From the NCBI RefSeq assembly GCF_009914755.1, contig NC_060934.1: a stretch of DNA of 64,000 nucleotides; one strand, written 5' to 3'. Source of the stretch: the human T2T-CHM13v2.0 reference genome, Homo sapiens. Shown here in pieces: positions 29,541 to 42,085 of this stretch (positions within the stretch are counted from its first letter, which is position 1; every line of letters starts with the position of its first letter). Both the position numbers and the translations under genes were made by a program. The notes under the pieces were generated by a model. The model searched no databases, had not been told where the DNA came from, and saw nothing but the letters and a program-made list of their open reading frames with translations.

Positions 29541-30145
29541 TATTATTATTATTGTAAAATGTACATATAATAAAATTTACCATTTTAACTATTTTAAAGT
29601 GTACAGTTAAGTAACATTAAGTACATTCACCGTGTTAAGTAACATTAAGTATGTTCACTATGTTATGTGATCATCACCACTCTCTATTTCCATAACCTTT
29701 TCATCATTCTAAATAGAAACTGTGTATTCAATAAGCATTCACCACCCAATCCCTCTCTCTGCAGCCCCTGACAACTACCAATATATTTTTAGGTCTCTAT
29801 GAATTTTTTTATTCTGGATATTTCATATAAACTAACCATATTATATGTGTTTTTGTGTGTGTGTCCAACATATTTAACTTATACAGTCTTCAAGAGCCAT
29901 CCATGTTGTGGCATACATCAGTGCTTCATTCTTTTTTGGCTGAATAATATTCTAGCACATGGATATATTACATTTTGTTTATCCATTCATCTCTTGATGA
30001 AAAATCGGCTTGTTTCTACCCTTGGACTATCGCAAATAAAGCTGCTATCAATAATTGTGTACAAGTGCCTGTTTGAAAAGTTGTTTTCAATTCTTTTGGG
30101 TCTATTCCTAGGAGTAGAATTGCTAAGTCATGTAGTAATTATTTC
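29541..30145 (-). mobile_element. L1MB 3' end
   Basis: AAAATTTACCATTTTAACTATTTTAAAGTGTACAG...TTTGTTTATCCATTCATC...CCTAGGAGTAGAATTGCT. Confidence 0.85.
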
Positions 30146-30317
30146 TTTACCTACTTCTATTCTTGCTGGCATGCAGATCATCTCATTCTCAGCCCCTTCC
30201 TTCATCTCACCTCTAATTAATGGTGTCCAACCCACAGTTTTCACTCTGGGGACACTTAGTTTCTTATTACAGAAGCTTTCTGACAGGCCTGTAAGCTTGA
30301 AACTCAGCCTTCTAGAT

Positions 30318-30840
30318 AAGGTGTCCCCAGCCCCCAAGCTACAGATGGGTACCAGTCCATGGCCTGTTAGGAACCAGGCCACACAGCAGGAGGTTAGCAG
30401 CGGGAGAGCAAGTAAAGTTTATCTGTATTTACAGCTGTTCCTCACCATTTGCATTACTGCCTGGATAAGCAGAGCACTAGATTCTCATAGGAGTGCGAAT
30501 TTTATTGTGAACTGTCATGTGAGGGATCTAGGTTGTACACTGCTTATGAGAATCTAATGCCTGATGATCTGTTACTGTCTCACATCACCCACAGATGGGA
30601 CCATCTAGTTGCAGAAAAACAAGCTCAGGGCTCCTACTGATTCTACATTATGGTGAGTTGTAAAACTATTTCATTATATATTACAAAGTAATAATAATAG
30701 AAATAAAGTTTGCAGTAAATGTAATGTGCTTGAATTATTCTAAAACCATCACTGCCCCACCTCCTGACCTGGCCCTGGTTCATAGAAAAATTGTCTTCCA
30801 CAAAATCAGTCCCTGGTGCCAAAAAGGTTGGGGACCACTG
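30318..30840 (+). mobile_element. MER1A (hAT-Charlie)
   Basis: GTCCATGGCCTGTTAGGAACCAGGCC...CCCTGGTGCCAAAAAGGTTGGGGACCACTG; ~523 bp; TSD TTCTAGAT/TTCCAGAC. Confidence 0.92.
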
Positions 30841-31339
30841 TTCCAGACGAAGAGAGACACTTAGATATTTCTGAATCTCTTGTGTACCGCATGTATACAA
30901 GATATAAAACCAGCAGAAGTCTCTGAGGCTCAAGCCTCACCTTGTTCTTTCTATGCTATTTTACTACTCCTGAGCCTCATTGGAAATGCTGGGAAAGTGA
31001 AACATCTGTCCTGATTTCTCACACCCTCTCTCCACCTCTCTGAGTATTCTAGCAGGTATTTTTTCTTGTCTCATTACACGTCTCCAATCACCCCCTCAAA
31101 CCCCACCCCTGCCTCCACCACACACACACATGTGCACACACAAATACACACATAACCTATCTGGATGTTTCTATTCTTCCCACCAGGTAGATTTCTTCAA
31201 CTCTAATGAGGATAGGACATTTCCATCTAATCTTCATTCTCCATGTCTTTTTTTCCTTCCATAACTGGAAGCACTTTCACTTCTTGGCTGGCAAGGACTT
31301 CCATTACATTCTTTCATAAGTGTTATTTGCCCTTGTTTC

Positions 31340-32530
31340 TTTTTTTTTTTTTTTTTAAGACTTTGTGTTTTTAGAACAGCGTTAGTTTCACAGCAAAACT
31401 GAGTGGAAGTTACAGATTTCCTATATATCCCTGCCCCCACACATGCATAGCCTCTGCCATTATCAACATCACTCACCACAGTGGTACACTTGTTACATAC
31501 AACTGAGAAACTTACACTGACACAACATTATCACCCAAAGTCCATAGTTTATACTAAGGTTCATTCTTGCTGTGCCACATTCTGTGGATTTGAACAAACA
31601 TACAATTGCATTTATCAATCATTACAGAATCATATAAAATATCTCCACTGCCCTAAGCATCCTCTATGCTCACCTCTTCATCTATTTCTCCCCCTAACCC
31701 TGGGCAACCACTGATTTTTACTATTTCCATAGTTTTGCCTCTCTAGAATGTCATATAGGTCATATAGTTGGAAGCATGCAGTATGTAGTCTTTTCTGGTT
31801 GGCTTCTTTCACTTAGTAAAAAGCATTTAAGTTTCCACCATGTCTCTTTACAGCTTGATAGCTCATTTATTTTTAGTGCTGACTAATATTCTACTCTCTG
31901 GATATACCACAGTTTATTTATTGATTCACCTCTTGAAGGACATCTTGGATACTTCCAAGTTTTGACAATTATGAATAAAGCTGCTATAAACATCTGTGTG
32001 CAGATTTTTCTGTAGACATAAGTTTTCTACTCCTTTGGGTGAATATCATGGAGTGCAATTGCTGGATTATACGGTAAGACTATGTTTAGTTTTTAACAAA
32101 CTACTAAACTGTTTTCCAAACTGGCTATGTCATTTTGCCTTCCCACCAACAATGAATGAGAATTCTTTTCGCTCCACATTCTTTCCAGCATTTGGTGTTG
32201 TCAGTGTTCTGGATTTTAGCCATTCTAAAAGGTGTATAGGATTATTTCATTGTTGCTTTTCTTTGTTGACATTGATATGGGGCATCTTCTCATTTGCTTA
32301 TTTGCCATCTGTATATCTTTTTTGGTGACAGCTCTGTTAAGGTCTCTGGCCCACTTTTTAAAATTGGGTTGTTTGCTTTCTAATTGTTGAGTTTTAAGAG
32401 GTTTTTTTTAAAAAAAACATATTTTAGATAAAAGTCTTTTATCATATATATCTTTTACAAATATTTTTCCCTGGTCTGTGGCTCATCTTTCAGTTATCTT
32501 GACAGTGTCTTTCCCAGAGCAGAAATTTTG
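31340..32530 (-). mobile_element. L1MC1/2-like 3' portion
   Basis: Poly-T tail, then TTCACAGCAAAACTGAGTGGAAG and CATTATCACCCAAAGTCCATAGTTTA, then antisense ORF2 end. Confidence 0.88.
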
Positions 32531-33239
32531 TCCTTCTTTCTTGGAGCTATAATGGCAGAGAGCTGCAGGACATTATGATTTAGGGAGAAAAGGAACACAC
32601 ATGTTTAATATTTTAAATATGAAATTATCTTCTTTTCATATCTAATAACAGTCTATGTAATGCAAATCATGTGCCTTAATTAATTGCTTAATTTACATTC
32701 AGTTTGTTTAGGCATTCTTGTACTATAAGAAAAATTGCATGCATTTTTAAGCATCTGGAAATACAAATGTCTGGGAAAATTTCAACTGGGTCCACATGTC
32801 CCATACTCATGTTCTCCAAGTTTACCCACAGAATAATGATGACACCTTTCATTGTGCTATATGTAAACTTCTACTACAATCATCCATTTGACACCACTGA
32901 GGTTTCAGCCCCAAAAAGCTGTGTTTAAGCTCCTGTCTTGTTCAAGGTGTGAAGCTATAAGCCCATCCTGCAATCACTCTATAACCTGGCCTGTATCCCA
33001 AAACACCTTGCACTACATTGATTGGGAGGTAAATCACCAACCAAGTAAAGGTGTTATCAAGAGAGCAGGGAGCTACACAAAGGAAAGAACTGTTAGCAAT
33101 GTCAAAAGTTCAAGAGAGTAGAGGTATAATGAAGAGAGAAAGAGATGAGTTTTAACTACCATAGTGACAGAAATTACAGCAGAGCAGTAGAGCTTGAAGC
33201 CCTAGATAAATAGCTGGTACTTGAAAAAGTTTATTTATA

Positions 33240-33635
33240 TCAGTCTCCATCTTTGTAGCACTCATTACAGTTGCAATCCATTTAGTAAATAATGGTTTAA
33301 TGTTGACTTTCCTCAAAATCTTTAAGTTCCGTTAAGTGTAAAGACTGTACCTCCTATACAATATCTCTGTATCTTGTATCCACAGAATTAAACAAGATTC
33401 CTGGCACAGAGAAAGTGCTTAAAACATAACTGTGGAATGAATGCAAATTAACAAAAGTTTAAAGACACACAGCCTTTTGGGTATTGTGGGTGAGATTGGA
33501 AATTTCAAATGTCAATTATAGTTCTAGTCCCACTATTAACAAGCTGCGTAAGCTTGAACACAGCATTTAATTTCTCTGATCCTTAATTCTCTCTTCCAAT
33601 AAGGTGATCGGATTTGCTAAAGATCTTTCCATCAT
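33240..33635 (+). mobile_element. L2 3' end followed by a MIR fragment
   Basis: CCTGGCACAGAGAAAGTGCTT...GAATGAATG, then GTTCTAGTCCCAC...AAGCTGCGTAAGCTTG...TTTAATTTCTCTGA. Confidence 0.55.
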
Positions 33636-36271
33636 TAGTGCCTTTTTACTAAATTCAGCCTTGTTTTTTATTTATGAATGAAAGATTTAGTGTTTTCTTC
33701 TTAATAGATACACATTTTATTCACAGCTCTAGGCCATTTATTGCCTGCGTTTAACTTGCTAAAACGAAGATACGTAGTAATTCTACTTCCCTTAACTTTT
33801 TGTTTCATTATCTGCTTCTGGGGATTCTAACTTTCTTCATTTCTTTCTCAATTTAGGTCCTCAGCCTTATTTATTTCTAATTTGGTTTCTACTTGCTCTT
33901 TTTCCTTCCATGGCAAGGGAGAGAGGAGGAGAAAAGGAAAATAGAATCAGACAACCTACTTTGGTCAGCAGTTTGACTCTTCTGTGATGATCTTTTTCCA
34001 ATAGTGAAGATTTTCCTCTGGGAACCACACTACCAAAGTGAATTTATATTTATACTTCCTTCAGAGATCATTTGTACTAAATGGCTCTTTGTTGAACCTC
34101 TCTCTGGATTTTTCCTGTGTATGCGAACCTGGACTTATGCCAGTTTTCTTAAAGGGTAAGCCCACTTATAATTTTGAACCCTGTAAAAACATTTAAACCA
34201 AACAAAGTAATAACATTAAAAAACAAGATTATGCTATAAATATGCAATTTGGTTTCAGAAAGAAATAATTTATAATGGTTAATGATAGAGGCACGCCCCT
34301 CTTGATTACATCAAAGCATCTTGTACCACAATCTTCATGGTTTCTTAGCTACTAAAAGAATCTAATATCCAATAGAAACTAATTCAAGAAGCCTTAAAGT
34401 AAAGTAAGTTTAATATGCAATCCAGTTCTCTAGTCTCTAATATTATGACACAATGAAATCAGGCTCTGAGTGGGCTCAAAAGGAAGATTCCAATTCCTAT
34501 TAGAAAATCAGGTAATTAGGGGGAAATGGTTTAAGGGAAAAGAAATCTTGAGATATTGTTGAATTAATTATGTGAGTTGAGTAAAATAAGTTTGAGTTGA
34601 AATTATTTTTACCACTTTAGTTTTCCTTTCTTCAGCAGAAGAATTGGAAGGTCACACATGACAGTTCTGGAAGAGAAGATAAGGGAAAGGATTTAAAAGG
34701 GAAGAAGTGGTCAGTTTCTTCCTATAGTCCCATAACTCTTAATTATTTTAAGTTTTCCTGCTGGAGAGCATTATTTTTCATTGTAAAAATGTCCTAAGTT
34801 CTTGCCAATAAAAAGCACCTATACTTTATAGTCTATTGAATCAAGACTGATATATGGTAAGTAATTTAAAGAAAGATGCATTGAGGCCAGTTTCTAGGAG
34901 GGATGCTATCATTTCATGCAAAAGTGACTCTAAAGTAAAATGAACTCTCAGAAATGTTATTCTTTCACTGGCCAACTCCTGTCATCTTATAGTCAGAACC
35001 TAAACTTAATGGGCTCATAGGTGGGAGGTTGCTATTGTAGCTATGTTTCCAAGTCTAGGGAGTTATGTTTTTATATTTTACATATTAGGAGAACATATTG
35101 CAACACTGAAACTTTTTCTTTCGAATTTTTGCCTGTGTCAAAGAATTGAAGATATAACTTCTGTTGAAATAAAACTACTACCAGAAGGAATCCCACCCCT
35201 CACAACCACCAACAACTTTTATTCACGAAGTATTAAGAATTCCTCTATTTTTCTAAAATACAGTGATGGATGCATTTTGGTGAGGTGAAAATTGAAATAT
35301 AAAATGTTATGATGAATTATAAATACAGATATATTTCATTTTCTCATCTCAATACTTTGCATTAAATATGAGTGTTGTATTTCTTTCAAGTGACTGAGTT
35401 AATTTTATCTGAGAAAATAATAAAATGATCATTCATTTCAGAAAGGCATTTTGGAAAAGTTTACACTCATTTCCTTTTTACTTTCATATACATATATAAC
35501 CTACTCTTGAAGAGCCAAGAAAATGCTTTAAACACCTCATGAACTCCATCAAGTGGAAAAGAACTTAAAGCAAATATTGACATAGAGTAGTGACTTACCC
35601 TATTACCTAGTGGGGATAAATTTAAATTAGCTCCTTGAGGGATGAATCAACAAAACCCAATGGTAAGTGAAGTCTGGATTGATCTTTGAGAAACTTGAAC
35701 TCTGGAGTAGACTTCGGAAATTTTAATGAGACTGAAATGGAAAACGAGATGAAAAGTAGTTTACAAATTATCCATAGTTGTTTGAAAGATGTGTGTGTAT
35801 GTGTGTCTGTGTGTATGCAGATGCAAAGAGTAAAGGGGAAACAGGAGAAACCAGAGAGTATATCAATTATAACTTAATGGCAAAAAGTCAATGTGATAAA
35901 ATCTAATAAAATATTAATAATAAAATAAGATAAAGTAACTCAAATGTAATAAAACTGCAAACAGTATCAATCACTATACAAGCTATTCAGAAAAGAGAGT
36001 CAGAAAACCAATTTTTCCTTCCACAGAATTTCTTCATGCAGAAGAGTTTGCAAGTTTGATAAGGAGCTCATAAAGTTTCTCATCCTAGCAGGCATCACCA
36101 ACATTTTACGTTTTCTACAAAGAACAGCATAACAATCATTTGTGACTGGACAAAGAACTCATGGACATATGCCCTTCAATTCCTATATCATGGAAGTCTC
36201 TTCATGCATACAAAGATAATTAAAAGAATATTTTTAACAAACTCATTGGATCAAAATTATCATGTGCTTAA

Positions 36272-36577
36272 TATTTATTTATTTATTTTTTTTGAGATGG
36301 AGTCTCACTCTGTCCCCCAGGCTGGAGTGCAGTGATGCGATCTCAGCTCACTGCATCCTTTGACTCTACGGCTCAAGCGATTCTCCCGCCTCAGCCTCCC
36401 GAGTAGGTGGGATTACAGGTGCCCACCACCACGCCAGGCTAGCTTTTGTATTTTTAGAAGAGATGTGGTTTCTCCATGTTGGCCAGCCTGGTCTTGAACT
36501 CCTTTGACTTCAGGTGATCCACCTGCCTCGGTCTCCCAAAGTGCTGGAATTACAGGTGTAAGCCACTGTGCCCAGAC
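36272..36577 (-). mobile_element. AluS (Sx/Sz-like)
   Basis: Full antisense dimer with (TTTA)n tail. Confidence 0.95.
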
Positions 36578-36599
36578 AGTCCTAGGCATTTCTAAACTT

Positions 36600-39500
36600 T
36601 TACTTGGTAGTTGAATTTTTAACATATGTGCATAAAATGTTAGGCATACAGCTCAACTAATTTTCACAAAGTGAAGAGGTTCATGCAAACACTATCCCAG
36701 TTAGAAAGTAAAATATTATTAGCAGTCAAGGAGTACCTCCAAACTTGTGCTTCCTAACAACTGCCATCCTCCAGCATTCTCCTCAAAAGTAACCAATACT
36801 CAACTTTTTTTTACCACTGTAGATAAGTTATGCCTGTTTTTAAACTTAATGTTTGGAATCATACTCTGTCTCTTTGTAGAAGATTTCTTTTGCTTAAAAT
36901 GATGTTTGTGAGATTGATTTTGTTGCATGTGGATGTAGTTGTTCATTTTCATTATGTATGGTTTTCAATTGTATCAATGTATCATCATTTCTCTAACCAC
37001 TATGTTGCTGATGGCATTTTCATGGTGCCCAGTTTCCAAATATTAATAATCCTGTTAGGAGCGAGCATTATTCTGCACAAAGTTTTTGTTAGATGCTTAT
37101 CTAAGAAGGAAATTGGGGAATTTGTGGATAATGCCAAACAATTTCCAAAATGATTTTAACAATTACATTCTTACCAGCAGCGTATAAAGGGTGGCATTGC
37201 TCTGCATTTTTGCCAATACTTGGCCTGGGCAGATTTTTAATGTTAGCAATTTTGATGATTCTAAAGTGTTATTGTGATTTCTATTTGCATTTCTCTGATG
37301 ACTAATGAGGTGGAACACTTATATGTTTATTGGCCCATTCTGATGGATACTAGTTAAGTCTCTTGCCCAGTATTCTATTGAGTTGTCTGTTTTTTCCTCT
37401 GACTGATTTTTAGGAATTCTTTATATATTATGCACATGAGCCCCTTGTCAAATTACATGTGTTAGAAATATATTCCCTTACTTGCCTTTCACTTATATAA
37501 TTTTTATTTGATAGAGATTCTTATTTTTCATGTGTATGTTTATATTTTTCTTTATGGATATGGCTTTCTTTTTAATTTTATTTAAAAAATACTTCCCCAC
37601 TCCAAAGTCTTGAAGATATTATCCTATTTTTTCTTCTCAAATATCTATTGCTTTTTCTTTCACATTAAGATAGTCAATCTACTTGGAACCCCTTGTTGTA
37701 TATAGTGTGTGGTAGAGATGGTTTTATTTTTTCTCCATGTAGATATTCAATTGACTCAGTGATGTTTATTTATTGAAAAGGGCGTTTTTTTACGTAGTGC
37801 TCTTCAGTGCATGTTTATCATAAATCATAGATAAGATGGTTTGCTTTCTTTATGGGAAGCATTTGTCCATCTTAATGTTAATACCATGCTATTTAACTAT
37901 TAGTGCTTTATAGTAAGCCTTTACTCCTGATGGAGTAATTTCCCTCACATTTTTGCTTCTTGTTCGAGAGTGTTTTGGCTATTTTTGGCATGTGCACTTT
38001 TATATGTATTTTAGACTATCGCTATCAATTTCTCCCATAAAAATTGGAATTATTTTGTTTGGAACCAATAAGTATACTTGAGGATAATTTACATTTTTAC
38101 AATATGAGTTTTCTAATTTTTGAATAAGGCACACATTAATATTTCTCCATTTATTTATTTCTTCAATTTTTCTAAATTTTCCATATACATCTCTCTCTCA
38201 CACACACACATACATACATACACAGATATATGTACATAGTATTTGTATCTCTATATCTATCTATCCTCTCCTCCCCAGTGCATACATCAGAAGGCGCATA
38301 AGGTAAGTTTTTCTCCTTCTAGTGGTTTTAACTTTGATCACTTAATTAAGGTGGTACCCACTAGATCTTTTCACTTTACAGTTACCATTTATTTCTCTTT
38401 ACCGTTCATTTCTCTTTTTAATTAATAAGTAAACTGAGAGATACTTGAAGTCTAAGTAAATATCTTGTTCCTCTTCACACATTCACTCAATGGTTTAAAC
38501 ATTCATTTATGATTCCTATCTGAATTCATTTTCAATTATTGTAATATGAAGATGAGCTTTCTCTTCACCTTTATTTTTCTATTTACTTACTATTTGTATG
38601 AACTTACGGATTCTTATTTTATTCAATGATAATGACTGTTGTTATTCATTTTGAAGCTAAATTGGCCTCGAGTATGGCCAGTTGGAAGCCTCTTTAAGTT
38701 GGCTTTGTGTAGTTTTGACAAGTCCTCTTTATTTTTGAGCACTTCTTTATTTTTGACCTTATAAGATGTTACAAGCTCATTTTTTAACTTTATTGTAATG
38801 AATATGGAATTAGCCAAATCTTCAAGGAGCCCTCTTTTCTTTTAATTTGCTAAATTAATTTTTCATTATAATATTTACTGTAGATTCTTTTGGATTTTAA
38901 TTCATCTATAAATAATGGTGGTTTTCTTTCTTTCTTCCAATCTTTTTTTGTCATTTATTTTTCCTGCATTATAGCATTTTGTAGGATTCCTAATACAGCA
39001 TAAATCTAAAAAGTGATATTGAGACCTTTGTTTCAGATCTAATTTCAGAGGAAAAGCTTTCAACCTTTCACCTTTAAGGATGATGTTTGCACTATGTTTT
39101 TATAGATGCCTTTTAAGATGTAAAAGTTTCCTTTTTTTCCTAATTGCTAAGATTTTAAAAATCATAAATGATAAAGTGTTAGTGTCCTATTGCTACTGTA
39201 ACAAATCGGTCAAACTCAGTAGCTTAAAATAGTACAGACTTATTATCTTAAAGTTCTGGAGGACAGAAGTCCAAAATGGGTCAGCAGGGCTGCCTTCCTT
39301 TTGGAGGCTTTAGAGGAGAATACATCTCCTTGCCTTCCCAGGTTCTAGAGGCTGTCCACATTCCTTGGCTCATGGTCACCACTCCAGGCTCTGCTTTTGT
39401 AGTCACATCTTCTCTGACACTGCCCCTCCTGCCTCCTTCTAATAAGGACCTTAGTGATTACATTGGCCTGATCAGGATAATCATGCAGAATATGCCCATC

Positions 39501-41600
39501 TCAAGATCCTCAAATTAATTACATCCAAAATGCCCTTTTACCATGTAAGGAATCATGTCCATTGGTTCTGGGGATTGAGTTATGTAAATCATTCATTGGA
39601 AACCTTATCCAGCCTATCCCAGAAAATAAATGTTTATCAAATAATTTTTCTGCATCGACCGAAATGATCATAAATCACCTTTATTCTATACATGTGGTGA
39701 CTTCATTTTTAATGTTTTTATGTTAAACAACCTTACTTTCCTGGAATAATTCAGTTTCTTTGTGATGTGTTACCCCTTGTATAGGTTGCTTGGTTTCCAT
39801 TGATGATATTTTGCTCAGTACTTTGCATTTATCTTCATAAGTAAATTAGCCTGTAATTTGCTCTCTTTTGATGTCCTAGACAGTTTTCTTTTTTAAATAC
39901 AGTAATTCTGGCCTCAGATAATGAGTTCAAAAGTATTTTTTTTTCTATTCTCCTTAAAGTTTCTGATTTGTCTTTATTATTTCTTTTCTCATACTTTCCA
40001 TATATTTAATTTTCTTTCTTCTCTAATTTCTTGAGAGAATTTGAGCAAGAAGAATATGTATATTCTTTCTGATATACATATTTAATGCTAAAAATTCCCG
40101 CTAATATAACCTTAGATGCAGTGAACAAGTTTTGACCTGCAGCCTTTTCATTATTGTCATCACTAATTCAAAATATATAAATAAAGTCTACTTTTCCTTT
40201 TGATATTTTTTACTTATACCTTCTCGACTGTCTTATCCAGAATATATACATTCATACACATATACATACATGTACATACAGATTTTCTCTGTGGGCATAT
40301 TGATCCAAATTGTTTTTCTGCCATCAGTAGCAGCTTTCTCTATGACTATTTGTAGACGATTACTACATATATATGAATCTATAAATAATATATGGTACTG
40401 TTCCTTGTGCTTTCAAATGTGTGTATATATATCATATTGTATCATTTTACTCATTGTTGTTTATATTTAAGTTTTTTACATTTGTTAATATTGGTATGTA
40501 TAGCTCTAGTTCATGTATTTAAATTTCTGTTTATTTCATTGTTTCATATTAATAAAAACTACAATTTATTTATCCATTTTCTTTTTGGAAGTTTTTAAGG
40601 TTATTTACACTTTTATTGATGTTGTAAACAGTGTTACAATTCTCATGCTGTATATATCATTTTGTGTATTTTTGCCAAATTTGTCTCTAGCTACTACGCT
40701 TGAAGGAAGAAGTGTAGCATCATTAGGTGTAAACGTCCTCAATTGTACTGAATATTGCTCAATTGCTAAACAACGTGTTTGTAGTTTAGAAATTTGCAAT
40801 TTTCTTTTTTATTTATTTTTATTATTTATTTATTTATTCATTTATTTTTTTATTATACTTTAAGTTCTAAGTTCAAAATCTCAATTTTACAACTTTCTCC
40901 CTATTTTTGGTTATTATTTGATAATGCCAGATTTCTCAAATTTTACCCGTACAGGGTGTGTAAAAATATTCTTTACTTTTGTTTTGGTATTTCTCTGAAT
41001 ACTAGTGAAGTTTAATACCTCTTAATAAGTTTGTAGGTTTTCCCTTCTTTGAATTGTCTGCTTATGTTATTCTCTCATTTTTATATTGGATTCTTATAAC
41101 ATTGAAATGTTCTTGCTTTGTTTGTTAAACTAGACTTTATTTTATTGTGACAAGTATATTATGTTATTTAATTTCTTTCTTTAGTATTTTATTTAGAAAC
41201 TTTATATATACATTCATAATTTTCACTGTTTTATTTTTATGTCCTCTGATTTTGACTTCAAGGTTTCTAACTGTCTCATAAAATGAGTTGGTGGTTCTCT
41301 TTTTTCTATTCTGTTAAATATTTTGTACTTGTTGGTTTTTTGAAGGTCAGGAAAAAATGTGCATTGAGAATAGTCATAATTTGAAGTTTTTGTGCATCAC
41401 TGCTAGTAGGGAAAGTGCATGAAAATTTTTGAATATAAATTAATTTTATTTAAGAGCTCCTAGTTGATAATACTTTTCATTTTAATTTGGAGGATGTGTA
41501 ATTTTAAAAAATACATTTCATTCACATTTTTATTTCTTTAAACTTTTCTTTATGTTATTATCTTATGATCTTAAAAGTTGATATAATATCTGTGGTTATG
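36600..41600 (-). mobile_element. Highly diverged L1ME/L1M segments (mosaic)
   Basis: T-rich antisense L1 motifs: TTTGCATTTCTCTGATGACTAATGAGG, GGAAAAGCTTTCAACCTTTCACC, TTTTTCTGCATC; internal boundaries uncertain. Confidence 0.7.
39177..39621 (-). mobile_element. MLT1B/C-like LTR
   Basis: TTGCTACTGTAACAAAT...AGTTCTGGAGGACAGAAGTCCAAAATG...TAAGGACCTTAGTGATTACATTGG...CCCATCTCAAGATCCT. Confidence 0.85.
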
Positions 41601-41619
41601 TCACTTTAGTTCATAATAA

Positions 41620-42085
41620 AGTCATGTGTCATTTAATGACAAGGATATGTTCTGAGAAATATATCACTGGTGATTTTGTCATTGTGTGAACATCATAGAG
41701 TGTACTTACACAAGTCTGGACGGTCTGGCCTACTACACACTTAGGTTATATGGCATAGCCTATTGCTCCTAGGCTAAAACCTATACAGTATGTTACTTTA
41801 CTGAATACTGCAGGCAATTTTAACACAATGTAAGTATTTGTGTCTCTAAACATATCTAAAAATAGAAAAGATATAGTAAAAATATGATATGAAAGATAAA
41901 AAATGGTACACCTGTATAGGGCAATTACCATGAATGGAGATTGCAGGCTGGAAGTTGCTCTAGGTTAGTCAGTGAGGGGTGAGTGACTGTAAGGGCATAT
42001 AAACACTTTGTACTTATGATACATTAAATTTATGACAAATAATTTATTTCTTCTATACTAAATCTTAGCTTACCGTAACTTTTTT
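41620..42085. mobile_element. Tigger3/Tigger3b fragment (one end only)
   Basis: AGTCATGTGTC...GTTCTGAGAAAT...GAACATCATAGAGTGTACTTACACAA...GCCTATTGCTCCTAGGCTA; cut by the L1 tail at ~42085. Confidence 0.9.

Noticed and set aside
29799-30557. Longest ORF in the window (252 aa)
   Set aside because: It runs through antisense L1MB, spacer and MER1A; Leu/Phe/Ile-rich as expected from T-rich DNA, with no recognisable domain.
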